Source: Schmidtea nova (lineage: Eukaryota). From it: a stretch of 64,000 nucleotides of DNA. A model generated the notes under the pieces. It was not told the DNA's origin and did not search any database. It was given only the letters and a program-made list of their open reading frames with translations. Positions 25,916 to 38,847 of the stretch are shown here, piece by piece. Every line of letters starts with the position of its first letter. Position 1 is the stretch's first letter. Location: contig CM097882.1 in NCBI GenBank assembly GCA_044892505.1, forward strand, positions 196,974,001-197,038,000, in the 5' to 3' direction. A program made the position numbers and the translations under genes.

Positions 25916-26576
25916 ACAACAGAATGATTGAAAACAAAATCCATAATCCCCAATTGAAAATGCTCTAAAACTCGAGTACAGAAAAGACGGTCAGTCTTGT
26001 CCAAAGTATGTGGCATTACGCCCATGACGTTTGAAAAATTAAACGAGTATAGAACACAAAATGTACATGTTAAAAAAACATACATGTTATCGTGTGTGTT
26101 ACTAGTAATAGTAGTGTGTAGACGTTACCAACAGTGGTAATAACACAATGTGTATGTTGTTCAGGGATTATATATTGATGTGTGTTTTTACGTTAGCAAC
26201 ATCTTCCTCAAGGCTTATATTGATGTATGTGTGTGTTTACATTGGCCCGTCTTCTCTGTATTCGAGTTTCAGAGCGGAGTCAATTATTAGGATTTAGCGT
26301 TGTTTTCAGTCATATCGTTGTTTGTGAATATGTGAGTGTGAGAGTTTTGAGTCCGTGTGTTTGCTTCATTTCTTGCGGTTTAAGTAAATTAACTGATGTG
26401 GTTGTTGATGGTGTTTATTTTTTTCTTTTGATTTGTGTTCTATACTCGTTTAATTTTTCAAATGTCATGGGCGTAATGCCACATACTTTGGACAAGACTG
26501 ACCGTCTTTTCTGTACTCGAGTTTTAGAACATTTTCAATTGGGGATTATGGATTTCGTTTTCAATCATTCTGTTGT
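25916..26576. mobile_element. Foldback/MITE-like element with ~145-bp inverted arms
   Basis: 25916-26060 is the near-perfect reverse complement of 26432-26576. A related sequence (gtaatgggtgtaatgccacatac) occurs at ~4940-5010. No clear TSD. Confidence 0.7.
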
Positions 26577-27323
26577 TTATAAATATGAAAATATTTATAA
26601 TATATTCTTAAAAAAAATATTTTTTTGTATAAAAATAAAAGAATATTATATTTGTAAGATTAATTTATTAATTTAAAAATTTTTATTCGATATAAATTTT
26701 TTGACTATAATAGAATTTAAAATATATATTTTATTTTAAAAATTATTACTAAGTTGTTCGAAAAAATCGATTTATTTGATTTATATTTGGATGTAACATT
26801 GGTAGCACCTGATGAAGAGAATTAAGTTCTCGAAATATATTGTGCAAAATATATATTNNNNNNNNNNNNNNNNNNNNNNNNNNNNNNNNNNNNNNNNNNN
26901 NNNNNNNNNNNNNNNNNNNNNNNNNNNNNNNNNNNNNNNNNNNNNNNNNNNNNNNNNNNNNNNNNNNNNNNNNNNNNNNNNNNNNNNNNNNNNNNNNNNN
27001 NNNNNNNNNNNNNNNNNNNNNNNNNNNNNNTGGAACTTCCAAACAACCCTGATGAAACATTTTACGAAACATCAACCATTACCACCTTTACTTTCTAGAC
27101 ATCCATTATATGCCTATATATCATTCATTTTACTTGAATTATATCCTCCAAACACGCTATTTACACAGGAAATTAATGTATCGGTGTTTCTTGGAGTGTC
27201 TGACTGCATGAGATATTTTCCTTCGTTTAAAAATTAAAATTTTTATCCTGATTTATTTGAAATTGGGGCCCTTTTAAAGTGGAGGCCCGTGCCACATGGC
27301 CATCCTAGTCCCCTCTATCCGGG

Positions 27324-27325
<2 letters not shown>

Positions 27326-27369
<44 letters not shown>
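27326..27369. repeat. (TA)n microsatellite
   Basis: Direct reading. Confidence 0.95.
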
Positions 27370-27373
<4 letters not shown>

Positions 27374-30300
27374 CTTTATCTAAGGATACACAATTTCAAG
27401 TAAAAGTTAAATCGGAGCATGATTATAATAAAAATACTTAGCGTTTCCATTTCTACGATGTTGTAACATCATATATACTTATTATAGTTACCTTTCACTT
27501 TATTTTTAATCATTTGTTTTACTTTTATTAATTTTCCTATTTTATTCACCATCTCTTATTCCTTTTTCAAACTTCATATCTCTCTCATCAATAATGTTGG
27601 TTCATTTTGTTTCATTTGTTTCTATTCAGTTAAATATTTATTTTATTATTTTTACCTCAATAATGGTAATATTTTTATCTTTTATTTTAGATTTTAGGTA
27701 TTGTGGTCTCATTCAAATTTTTATTCTCCAATATTTCTGAGAAAGATGATTAAATATCATATCATTCATTGTACGGTTATCTTTACTATAACACACATAT
27801 CATGTTTTATCTAGTCTGAAATCTTGCTTTTAATTTTCGTATTTGTATTAATATTATTTTTAAGATAATTATTATTAAATACATTACTATTGTTTACATT
27901 TATTTATTTCCTTAAAAGACTTATATTTTGTATTTGAAAACGTGTTGTATTCAAATATTTGTAAATTTTTGTCAATGTATAGTAGTAGTCTGTGACCCTA
28001 TAAGTTGCATGTAAATTCCACCCCCTAGAAAATAGGTCACTTGTCTCTTTGGCTACCGAGTGGTTGCTATGGTGACCATGAAAAAAAGGACAAATTTTTG
28101 CTCAGGGTCAAAAAGCAAATTAAGGGCAGTTTACTGTCAAAATTTATGCAAATTAACTTCAATTTTATAAAAATTTAAGCTGGACAATTAAAATTTAATA
28201 AAAAGTAAGTAAGGTTATATAATATTTACGAGGTTAAATTAAATAGTTTCAAAAATTAGATAGGTTATGTGTTGGGCAAAAACTTAAATTTTATTACTAT
28301 TTGTTTAAATGGCGCGATAACTCTAAAATCTAAACACGCGTAATAAGTTTATTTAACGTCAAATATAGACGCTGTACTGCCCCCGTCATATATATCTTTA
28401 TACTGTAATATAATAAATATATACATATATATTAAATTAAAAATATGCTTATATATTGCAAACAAATCAGAGTTGTTTATATGCTTATTTTGTATTTGAT
28501 CTTTTACCCGAATAAGACAAATACAGAACGGGATACAGAAAACCAGAGCTCTACAGACGCCTTCTAAATCCCTTAAATTACTAATTTAAGAGGAACACAA
28601 ATAATAGTGAAATAATACAGAATTTGCACGAATAAGCACGAAATTTATATAGAAACTAACACGAAAACCCCTTGCGTACAATGTAAAGATTAAAATTGAA
28701 TTTTAGATTAAAATTTTTCATTTGCAGAAAATAAATTGGAACAAAGTAGAAATTAATAAAATTATAAAATTATTGATTATGTTAATAGAATTATTGGCGG
28801 AAATAAAATTTAAAAAGAAAAATAGTAACATAATGAAAACATTTAATACGCCATAAGAGTTGTTTTAATGTAATTACGTCAAGGTCATACAACATATAGT
28901 ATATATATATATATACCAATAGAAAAACACTGAGCATCCTTATAGCACTATTTATAGAAATCGCCACCTTAAATTTGAAGTAAGTTTTTTTGTTTTAGGC
29001 TTCAGTCGGTGATGTTTGGACTAGTAGCCATATTTTTATGTTGATGTAACCGATTTGTCCAGGACGATATCCTCGTCAAGTATTGTTTTAATATATTAAA
29101 CCTTTCATGTTTTCAGAATATTGTTTGAGACTCCAATTTGAGTTAAATTACTCATATTTGAAATACATAGCAAGATATAAAATCTTTTACATATTACCCG
29201 TCATAGTTCATCGAATGATAGTACGTCAGCTTGAGAGAATCTTTGTGCTCCATGGAAAGGTAGTATTCGGTAGCGGTGTATTGTCGGTGAACGATCATCT
29301 TTGACCAAACGGAATGCGAGGTCGACACTGAAACGATCGGAAAGGTTTTAAAACAACTTAATTACTCATATTAAATCTGCATTTTGAGAGAAGCTTACTG
29401 TGACATGTTTTTAGGCGCTTTCGTGAGCCGAATCATAGTATAACCCAAAAATCATGGAGACAATGTATGTCTTATAGAAAGCAACCGAAACGAGAGTCGG
29501 GAGTGAACCATTGTGTTTTATATTATATATAGAGTAATGAGTTGAAGTTCGACTAATTGAATTCACTTCATTATCTGAAGTTCACAATACTATCACCAAA
29601 GTAAAGTTCACCAAGAGTCGGATCGCGAAATTCATTATTATAATAAATCTTCTACTTCTCGCCCTCAATCACACTAATTGAACTACGCGCAAGATGAAAT
29701 AAAACTAAACTACAAACGATTTAATATTATATTGTATAAATATAAATCAGGACATAGACGATTTTTATTAAAAGACTTTATATGACCTTAAAATTAGTAA
29801 AGTGGCCTCTTAACTAAAAAAACTACGTTGACAACCACAAACAAAGGGGCTTCACTAAGAAATTAACATATTCATCATGCATTTTTGGAATCGAAAAAGA
29901 ATAAATAAAAGAATGAAAGTAGGTAGTTAATGGCCCTTAAACTCACTTAAATTCTACCCACCCCCCACCCCCCTAGAAAATTTTTTTTCTGAGTTTACGG
30001 GCCACTATGTTTTTTCTGGCCATTTTTGTATTGGAAATTTATTGTCGGTCTTTTGTACAGGTGCGTTAGCGGGCCATTATGTTTTTGGGTCGATCTTTTG
30101 TATTGGAAAACTTTTCTCGGTCTTTTGTACAGGGATTTTTAGCTCCGAGATTTTTCTCGGGTAAAAAGGGACTCTAGTAATGTGAGAGTTGAAATGACAC
30201 AATATTTAAAATTTAATAAAAAAAAGGGTAAAATTAATTTTTTGGAGAAATCAGAGTTGGTAAATTTTTAAATATAAAATGAAATTCTTTTTTCACAAAA

Positions 30301-30442
30301 TTCTTTTTTAAACCAATAAAAGTCTTAACTAATAAAAAAAAATTTTTAACTAATAAAAAGAAACATTTTTAACTAATAACAATTCAAATAAATAAAAAAA
30401 AACATTTTTAACTAAATTTTATTAAAATAAATACAAATTTTA

Positions 30443-33400
30443 TTAAAATAAATCTTCTTCATCGTCTTCTTCTGTAACTTGATTGAATTCTCTGTCATTA
30501 GTGTCTTTATAATGCCCGTATGCACAACTTTCATTTTTTCCCACCCAAACCCTTTTATCATCATTATTAGTTAGTGCAATTTTTGAATTTTTAAAGCTAT
30601 ATAACTGATGATTTTTTGTACCTATTCTAAATTGTGGTACACTAATCTCTGAGTTATTTAAATAACATTTTACATATGAATCGTGGTCTATTTTAGTATC
30701 CTTTAATGTTGCTCCCTTAGCTTTGTAGTATTAGTTTTACCCAACAAGCTGTAACATTTCGGTCTAAGGAAAATCCACTCATCATATCCTTCACCCTTAC
30801 TTTCATCTTTGAATTTCCCAATAACAGAATCCAATTTCTTGCTGTATAGTGGGTGATCAGTTGGATAATTTGATGTATCTAACAAGTTATCATTTTTCAT
30901 TTCATTTAATAATATTTCTAATTTTAGATTTTTAATTTCTAGAAAAAACGAATCTGTATCGCCTGCTACGATATTTATCTGACAACTATATTTGTCGCGA
31001 TATTTTTGTAAATCTTTGTATTGTAATTCGTACATTCGAAGTTTTGATAAATCAAGCACCGATTGTCCAATATAACTCGGTCTATCTAAACAAATCGAAT
31101 CTGGATTTAATAAAGCAGCAACTAAATTATCGTCGATTTTAATAGATTTTTTGAAAGAAGGTTTTGATGTATATTTAACTAGTTTTTTCTCCGTTGAACA
31201 TAATCTTAAATTCATTCTCCTTTTAAGATTTTCCACTGTTTTGCCATACAGACTATTATTGAGTAATTTGAAAAAGTTTTTATCTAAAGTATTAGTACTT
31301 TTCGCCCGCAATTCAGTATTGGTGTCTATATACTTTTTGAAAATTGGAGATTGTTTAAATTTAACTGCTCTATTTATCTTTGTGACTTTAACACCAAGTC
31401 CTAAATATAATTGAAGTAATCGCCAATGAATTATATAATTATTTTTAGGGTAATGAGTCAATAGTAATTTTTCTACTTTTGAACCTCGTGGTTTCATTTT
31501 TTCTGCAGCTACCGGGAAATCAACCAAGAAATCATGAATTTCAGCAGGTATTTCCAAATCTACCTCTAAAGTGTAACCGTAAGATATAGATTCAAGATTT
31601 AGATTAATACAGTCATGCAAAATATTATCTAAATTATCAGTCACCCAACTAAATTCTCCACAAGGTAAAGGTTCACTTAAAGCCCATCCGTAAAGATTAT
31701 TTATATCGATATACAATAATTCTGTATTTTCATCGGTTTTAACGAAGTGTTTATTTACAAAAGTCAAACCTCCTCGAATTCCCCCTTCATAAAAGCTAAA
31801 CATTTCATTTTCTGTTATTAATTCTATTGGTTCATCTAAAGTCATTAAAGAAGATGACCAAGACATGCCAGGAATACCGAAGTAATTCAATGGCTCTAAT
31901 CTATTGTGAGCTATAGATTTGGTTCGAAATTGCTGAAAGAAATCAGCCAAAAGAAAGCAATCAAGTTTCAAGTAAGTCATCATATAATCTAAAAGAGTAA
32001 CACAGTTTGTTTCTGTCCAAATCAGTTGTGCCTTTTCATATTCTTCTTTTGAAACACCTTTCCAGATTGGTGGTAACTCATAAGTATTTTCAAGTACTTC
32101 TAAACTTATAGCAAAGCTATACGGAAAAATCCCCTTTTCAGAAACTATAGTTCCATTAAAAAGCGAATTTGTCAAAGGTAAAGATTTCAACGTTTTCACT
32201 GCCTTTACCAAAGAATCATTCACAAACTGGTATGAGTCTATAAATTTTAAACTAATCTTGCCAACATGAGCTATCAATGAAATAAATTTTTCAGTTGTAA
32301 TAGGTATACAACCCAATGACCAATTCTTGAACTTATTTAATCCGTGTTTAAGAATATGGTGCATATCATATCCTTTCAAGTTATGAAAAACTATTGGTAA
32401 AGACTTGTTGATTTTTCTATTAATGTTACACGTTTGACATGCTGCACCTAAATATTTCCCAGTGAAATGGTCATGGTCTCTTACAGGATCTACGATATTT
32501 TTCATGCAAAGGTAACAAGTGGTAGCATTTTTAAATTGATCCTCTTCAATTTCAGTCAATCTATTCATTGGTTTGTTTCCATTTTTATTGTAATATGAAA
32601 GAACTTTTAATAAAGCAATATCTTCAATCGCTTTTAAAAATTCATCTACACAATTTAGTCCAATAAATTGTTGGTAAGATTTTGTCCCATCAAAGTTATT
32701 TATTAACAAAAGCCCCGCAGAAATAGGCAAGTGTTTCTGATAATATACATCATCCTTTGGTAAAATTGATTCAAAGTCTGCATAAATAACGAATGGTGGG
32801 GTAACAGTTTTTGACCAATCTGTAAATTTTAGCATTTTATTTTCCGGGAAAGTGTATAATGTTGTTCCTAGTTGATTTTTTCTGCATAAAATCTCATGTT
32901 TTTCAAACGATAATTTATTTGGGAAACCATTTAAACATCTACTGCACCATTCGCTTCTTATCCTAGTAGTACAATAAATGCTTTGGTGACAATTCATTAA
33001 ACGTTTTAAATTTATAATAGATACATAATGATATTTTTCCCCTTCATTTAATAACAATAAATTTATAGTTTTTCCTTCTATTACTTTGGACCGATGAATA
33101 ATATCCAAATGAGGATGCTTTAAAATATAATCATCTTGCTCTTCATTAATTTCATTATTATAACATAGTACATTTATGATCAATCCTGGATTCTTTGCCT
33201 CGAATTTTCTGATACTATTTAATTTCATGGGCATGTCTGATATATCATATTTGAGCTCTGACAAAAAATTTGTATATTTTGATACTCTTTCTTTATTTCT
33301 AGATATTAAATCATATTTTAATATAGCTAAAATGCTATATAAAAAACATAAATTATCCTTATTATCGATGTTTAATATACATCTCTTTCCTTTTAATCCT

Positions 33401-34580
33401 TGAGGAGTTTTTACAATGCTTCTACCTGCTAACCTACTTATATTGGATATCTTAGTTACAACAAAACTTATTTCAGTAATACGATTAAGTACCCAACTGC
33501 TACCTAATTCCGAAAATGAAGTTATCTTTTCATTCAATTTTTTTAATTCCCTCTTCGAAAAATGTCTGTGTCAGAGGTTTTGCACTATTGGAAATATTGT
33601 TTCTTTTAATTTCTCCATCTTTCTCAAATTCAACACAGATACCAAATTGTATCTTCACATAGCCTATTTCGTTAATTATTTCTATTAATTTATTAATTAA
33701 TGATTGTGGAAAAATAATTTGCTTTATATTTAAATCACTAGTGTTAATTTTTAAAATCCTATGCGATCCATTTAAATCACTTTCAATGACAGGGAGAGGT
33801 TCTATAACACTTCCTCCAGTTTGATAAAATCCAACGTTCCAAAAATCTTCAATCTCTTCCACCGCTTCAATTAAAATCTTGTTTTCATCTGCTTCATCCG
33901 CTTCCATCGCTTCTAATAAAATCTTGTCTTTAATCTCTTCTTGTAAATTTTGTGATTTCTTGATTATTTCTATGTTCAATTTAATCTTTTTATTATTTAT
34001 AGGGTTTTGAGTCAAGTTTGGTCTTTTAAATAATTTTATTTTCTTAGACCTATATTCATTTAAATGATCCTTATGTTCATCGTAAAAATTTTTATATGTA
34101 AAGGGTTGGGAAGTTTGGCATACGGGACATATATAATAGCGAATTTTATAATAAGAGTGTCCATAATATTGCTCCATTGATCGATGACAATTATCGTTGT
34201 GGTCAGTTGAAAAGCAATAATTTGGGTATAAAGCACCTATGAATGTAAAGTAAAGATTATTTAAATTATTACAAAATATTACCAAAATTATATATTTACA
34301 AATATTTTACTAAAGTTATTTACTAAATTAATTAAAATAATTATCAAAATATAATTAAAATTAATTAAAATTAATCAATACTTACATTGAACATTCAATA
34401 CCACATCAGGTATAACTCCATTATTCATAATATTCTCAATATTAACTTTCTCAGCTTGTACGGTAGTTTGTTCAGTCATATCTACATCACCTAAAGTAAA
34501 AGTTAAATAATTTACTAATTTAATGATTAAATACCATTTTCTTCCGCATTTTCGTTCATAAAACTTGTTATCATGTTCAT
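30443..34580 (-). pseudogene. Protein-primed DNA polymerase B (Polinton pPolB) with two predicted 5' introns and two single-base frameshifts (~33535, ~30725)
   Basis: ExoI YADFES, ExoII FHNLKGYD, ExoIII YLKLDC, PolA YIDINNLYG, PolB KLLNNSLYGK, PolC AGDTDS, EndoVII-like CYLC..RDHDH..AACQTCN. KAKG...DDKR C-terminus is in a shifted frame. Confidence 0.92.
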
Positions 34581-35124
34581 TTTTTAATGTTTATTGTTTG
34601 TTAAAGTGAATAATGAATGAAAAAGTATTGTTTATATATCAAAGTTATTACACACACATAACCTTTGACCAATAAAAATCGAGTAAGGGGTAGGAAATTT
34701 ATTCTTATCAGCCAATCAGATTCGAGTAAGAGGCAGTAAAGGTATTATTATCATCAGATAGAGAATTATGACTAATTATATATTACGTTGCAGTATTTTA
34801 AAAAAACTAGAAAAGTTATTTCAACAAATTATAATACACAACAAAGTTATAAAATATTTCAATGAATTGCATGCAATGAATTGTCATATGATTAAATTAT
34901 ATTAGACTAAATATTTCAGTAAATTACGTCTAAATTATATTACATTTCAATAATTACGTCAGTTATAAAAAATATTTTAATTAATTTTGATAAAATACAT
35001 TAGAATTGTCAATAACACACACAAAACCTTTATAATTTTCATTAGTATATGATAGAAATTAAATTATATCTACACATGATTACAATAAATATTCGATAAA
35101 TCTATGCTAAATAGTCGAAAAATC

Positions 35125-36240
35125 CCAGTATTTTATTACAAAACACGTGTGCATCACAAACATATCAATATACTTAATTTTGAATCAAGCCACTTTATAG
35201 ATATTTAAATTTTATCTATATGTAATTACAATGAAAACTCACTAAAGTTATTTTAAATAACTAAAACTTACAAAATTAATTACAAAACACGTGTGTAACA
35301 CGAAAAACGACAACATTTAGATTTTAAATCAAGCCATTTTATAGGAAATTAAATTTTACATATACTTTATTACAATGAAAAGTCAATAAATTTATTTTAT
35401 ATACATGAAAAATGCAAAATTAATTACAAAACACGTGTGTAACACCAAAAAACGTCAACTTTTAGATTTTGAATCAAGCCATTTTAAAGGAAATTAAATT
35501 TTACATATACTTTATTACAATGAAAAGTCAATAAATTTATTTTATATACACGAAAAATGCAAAATTAATTACAAAACACGTGTGTAATACAAACACACTA
35601 ACAAACTAATTTTCTAATCAAGCCATTTTATAGGAAATTAAATTTTACTTATACTTTATTACAATGAAAACTCAATAAATTTATTTTATATACACAAAAA
35701 ATGCAAAATTAATTACAAAACACGTGTGTATTACAAAATACGACAACTTTCAGATTTCTAATAAAGCCATTTTGTAGACATTTAAATTTTACACATAATA
35801 TTACAAGGAAAACTCAAAAAAGTTATTTTATATACATGAAAAATGTAAAATTAATTACAAAACACGTGTGCATTACAAACACACCAACAAACTAATTTTC
35901 TAATCAAGCCATTTTATAGGAAATTAAATTTTACTTATACTTTATTACAATGAAAAATACATAAAGTTACTTTATATTGTTAAAAATTTGAAAATTCAAA
36001 ATAAAACACGTGTGCATCACAAAATACGACAAATTTCAGAATTCTAATAAAGCCATTTTGTAGACAATTAAATTTTATCTATATAATATTTGAATGAAAA
36101 CTCAAAAAAGTTATTTTATTTAGGTGAAATATACAAATTTAATGACAAAACACGTGTGCACAACAACATACACAACATTTTGAATTTTTAATTCAGCCAT
36201 TTTGTAGACAATAAAATTCTGTCTATCTATTGTTTCACTA
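35125..36240. repeat. ~145-bp tandem array, 8 units, each with AAACACGTGTG
   Basis: CACGTG cores recur at ~35143, 35288, 35433, 35577, 35722, 35863, 36007, 36151. Confidence 0.9.
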
Positions 36241-36727
36241 AAAACTCGATCGGGCCGGTTTATCGACTCGAAAAAGGCGTTTGAAGTCTTGTAGTAGGAG
36301 GATGTGAGCGGTCTGCCCCCCCCATGTGTGAACTCATATATTTTTTTATTAAATTTAAAATAAAATTTCATATTTAAAAAAAAATTAAAACAAAAAAGTC
36401 ATATGATTAAAACAAATAGTCCATTTAATTTAAACAAAAATTCACTTAATTTAAACAAAAATTCACATAATTTAAACAAAAAATTCACTCAATTTTAAAA
36501 ATATACGAAATTACGTAATTATACATGGAATTACATAATTATCGGGTTTTATTAAGCACACTTTATCACGTAATGATTACGTAATCACGCGTGCTACATA
36601 AATCCCCGAGCGATTACGTAATATACACACATGGGGGGGTAGTGGCGCAGACTCCTCATAGCCTCCTACTACAAGACTTCAAACGCCTTTTTCGAGTCGA
36701 TAAACCGGCCCGATCGAGTTTTTAGTG
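36236..36727. mobile_element. 492-bp inverted-repeat element (66-bp perfect, ~95-bp imperfect TIR beginning CACTAAAAACTCG)
   Basis: cactaaaaactcg...gtagtaggagg and its exact reverse complement at the right end. No matching TSD. Confidence 0.7.
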
Positions 36728-37590
36728 ATTAAAAGCTCAAGTGAACAAAGACAAAAATCAAGACAATTTTGAGAGAAACAGAATCAAACAAATAAATCTG
36801 AGTAAAGCGATAAGACCATTGTTTAACTAGGAGTAGCAGCTATTTACCAAGTGAATAGATATATAGACGAATGGAGCCATGAAAGAGTATAAGGTTCGAA
36901 AACAAAGACTATGGAAAGCTGAAAGAAGAAAAAAACAATTTCGGAAAATAGCCAAAATTGCAATTGTAATGGAAAAATTAAATAAACACTATTTTAGTTT
37001 CCGTTTTCATTTTCTTTTTATAGTAACTATTTCAGTTTTCCATTATTGAGTTATTATAACAGAATGTGTATGGTTGAATTCTCTACCCGTTTTCATTGAA
37101 GCAGAACATTAATGAATTAGAAAAGTAGATAAAATAGGCCTGAGGGTTACAAGTAAAGGCAGATAATAACAATTTTAGAATTTTATGATTTTCTGCAAGG
37201 TAATAATGAATAAAGCTGAAGTTAAATACATGATGAAGGGAGCAGAATTGAGATTACCATAACCTTCTGCTGGGTCTACGATTTGACCATCATTTGAATA
37301 AATAAATAATAATAGATAAAACAAAAATAACTATTGTAAAACAAATACTACAAGAAGAGATTTAAATGGAATGAATTGAATTAATAAGACAAGAAATAAA
37401 TGGTGTAATAAAAATAATAAAAAGACATATAAAAATGTAATAAGAAATGAGATTTAAATGTAATAAAATGTTTGGCAATTGAAATAAATAATTAATTAAG
37501 AAAATATTTAACAAAATTACGATCATTTAAAACAAAAAAATTAAATCTATCTATTTTTAAATAAATTATATTTTGGATCATCAGCTTCAC

Positions 37591-37640
37591 GCTGATTGGT
37601 TGATGTGCTGATCTGATCAGTATAAATACTGATTCAGAAT
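37591..37640 (+). promoter_or_regulatory. Third, diverged copy of the CCAAT/TATA cassette; probable element terminus TGCTGGGT at 37268
   Basis: ctgattggt...gatcagtataaatactgattcag. ATTGG lies 327 bp from tgctggg, versus 352 bp in copy B. Confidence 0.5.
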
Positions 37641-38847
37641 CTAATGATTTATATGATTTATGCGATTTTTGTTTTGAGCAAATTTTGAGCAGAAATTTAG
37701 TTAGAAGGTATGTCTGATCTTTTATTTTATTTGTATTAGTATTATGATATCTGTCATTATATTTCTATGAACCTAAATTTTCGTTTTAACTATTGTTATG
37801 ATTTTTACAATTTATGATTTACTTGCGCTCCTTCTACTGTGTAATCGGTGGAAGGAGGCGAAATGAATTATTTTTATTATGTTTAATGATTTGAGGGGGC
37901 TCCTTTCCACTGTGTAATCGGTGGAAGGAGGCAGACTTCGCCTGAGTGGAACAACTACTCCGTAAAGTTAGGCCGTCTTCATGGTATTAAGTGTCATGAA
38001 GAGGGTAGGACTTTAATACTGAATTTTAATTAATACTGGCAAGTATAGCCAAATACCTATTATGTTTCATTAACAATTTATAAAAAATATTTTATTCAAC
38101 GCATTTAAAAACATCCATTCGGCATTGTACATAGGACATTTGGAGCGCAGGGTTGCCAACATTGGTTAAAAGAGGATTGAATACTAAATACCATCCTTCA
38201 GAGTTTCTGGAGGCAGGAAAAGGCTAGATTGCAGCCATCTGTTATATATAAATCACCCGAACATAAAGAGGTGGAGATAAAATGAGTTGCTGAAAACATC
38301 CAGGGAAATATTGTGCCCGCATCAACAAATATAGCCATAAAGTGTAATTTCACCTGAGAGAGCTACGTCATCATGGGAATGAAAATCGTTTGGTCTTCTG
38401 GAAATCCGGCTAAGGAAGAGTACGAAAGTTGAAAAGAAAGATAACTTGAGAAACCCCTCACTATTAATAGTCCAATCTGTCTATTACTGCTTAACACCAG
38501 ACTCAGAACTCTTGTGGAGACCCAGATTTTTCATTGATTTTACGGCAAGCATCATTTTTTAAAGATAACCGCTCATTTTTGGNNNNNNNNNNNNNNNNNN
38601 NNNNNNNNNNNNNNNNNNNNNNNNNNNNNNNNNNNNNNNNNNNNNNNNNNNNNNNNNNNNNNNNNNNNNNNNNNNNNNNNNNNNNNNNNNNNNNNNNNNN
38701 NNNNNNNNNNNNNNNNNNNNNNNNCAAAGACCAAATGTGAAGCAGTTCAGAGTATATTGCGTAATTCAATCACTGTGTTAGTTATTGCGTAATATACATA
38801 ACTATTTAAGAGTGATCACTCGGTGTTTTTAGTAAATAAATCTTTAG

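Larger units (their letters stand above)
20654..25918 (+). mobile_element. Ty3/Gypsy LTR retrotransposon Gypsy-1; LTRs 20654-21508 and 24971-25918; gag and PBS missing
   Basis: Near-identical LTRs tgtgaatg...ttgtaca, PPT aaagggggaagtta before the 3' LTR, internal PR-RT-RH-IN order. Confidence 0.92.
29918..36240 (-). mobile_element. Polinton/Maverick-1 (partial; only pPolB seen); boundaries approximate
   Basis: pPolB gene; putative AGTAG-type terminus at 29918 followed by a C-tract, resembling the Polinton-2 right terminus. Confidence 0.6.

Noticed and set aside
29030-29360. Possible host exon on the minus strand (LSDRFSVDLAFRLVKDDRSPTIHRY...)
   Set aside because: No recognisable homology or secure splice boundaries.
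33530-33545. Programmed frameshift in Polinton-1 pPolB
   Set aside because: A single extra A in a homopolymer; Polinton-2 is continuous at the same place. Mutation or sequencing error is more likely.
35125-36240. CRISPR-like array
   Set aside because: Whole 145-bp units are homologous, with no unique spacers or cas genes, in a eukaryotic context.
38135-38500. Protein kinase exon (DIWSAG)
   Set aside because: Only one short motif, followed by stops and no other kinase subdomains.
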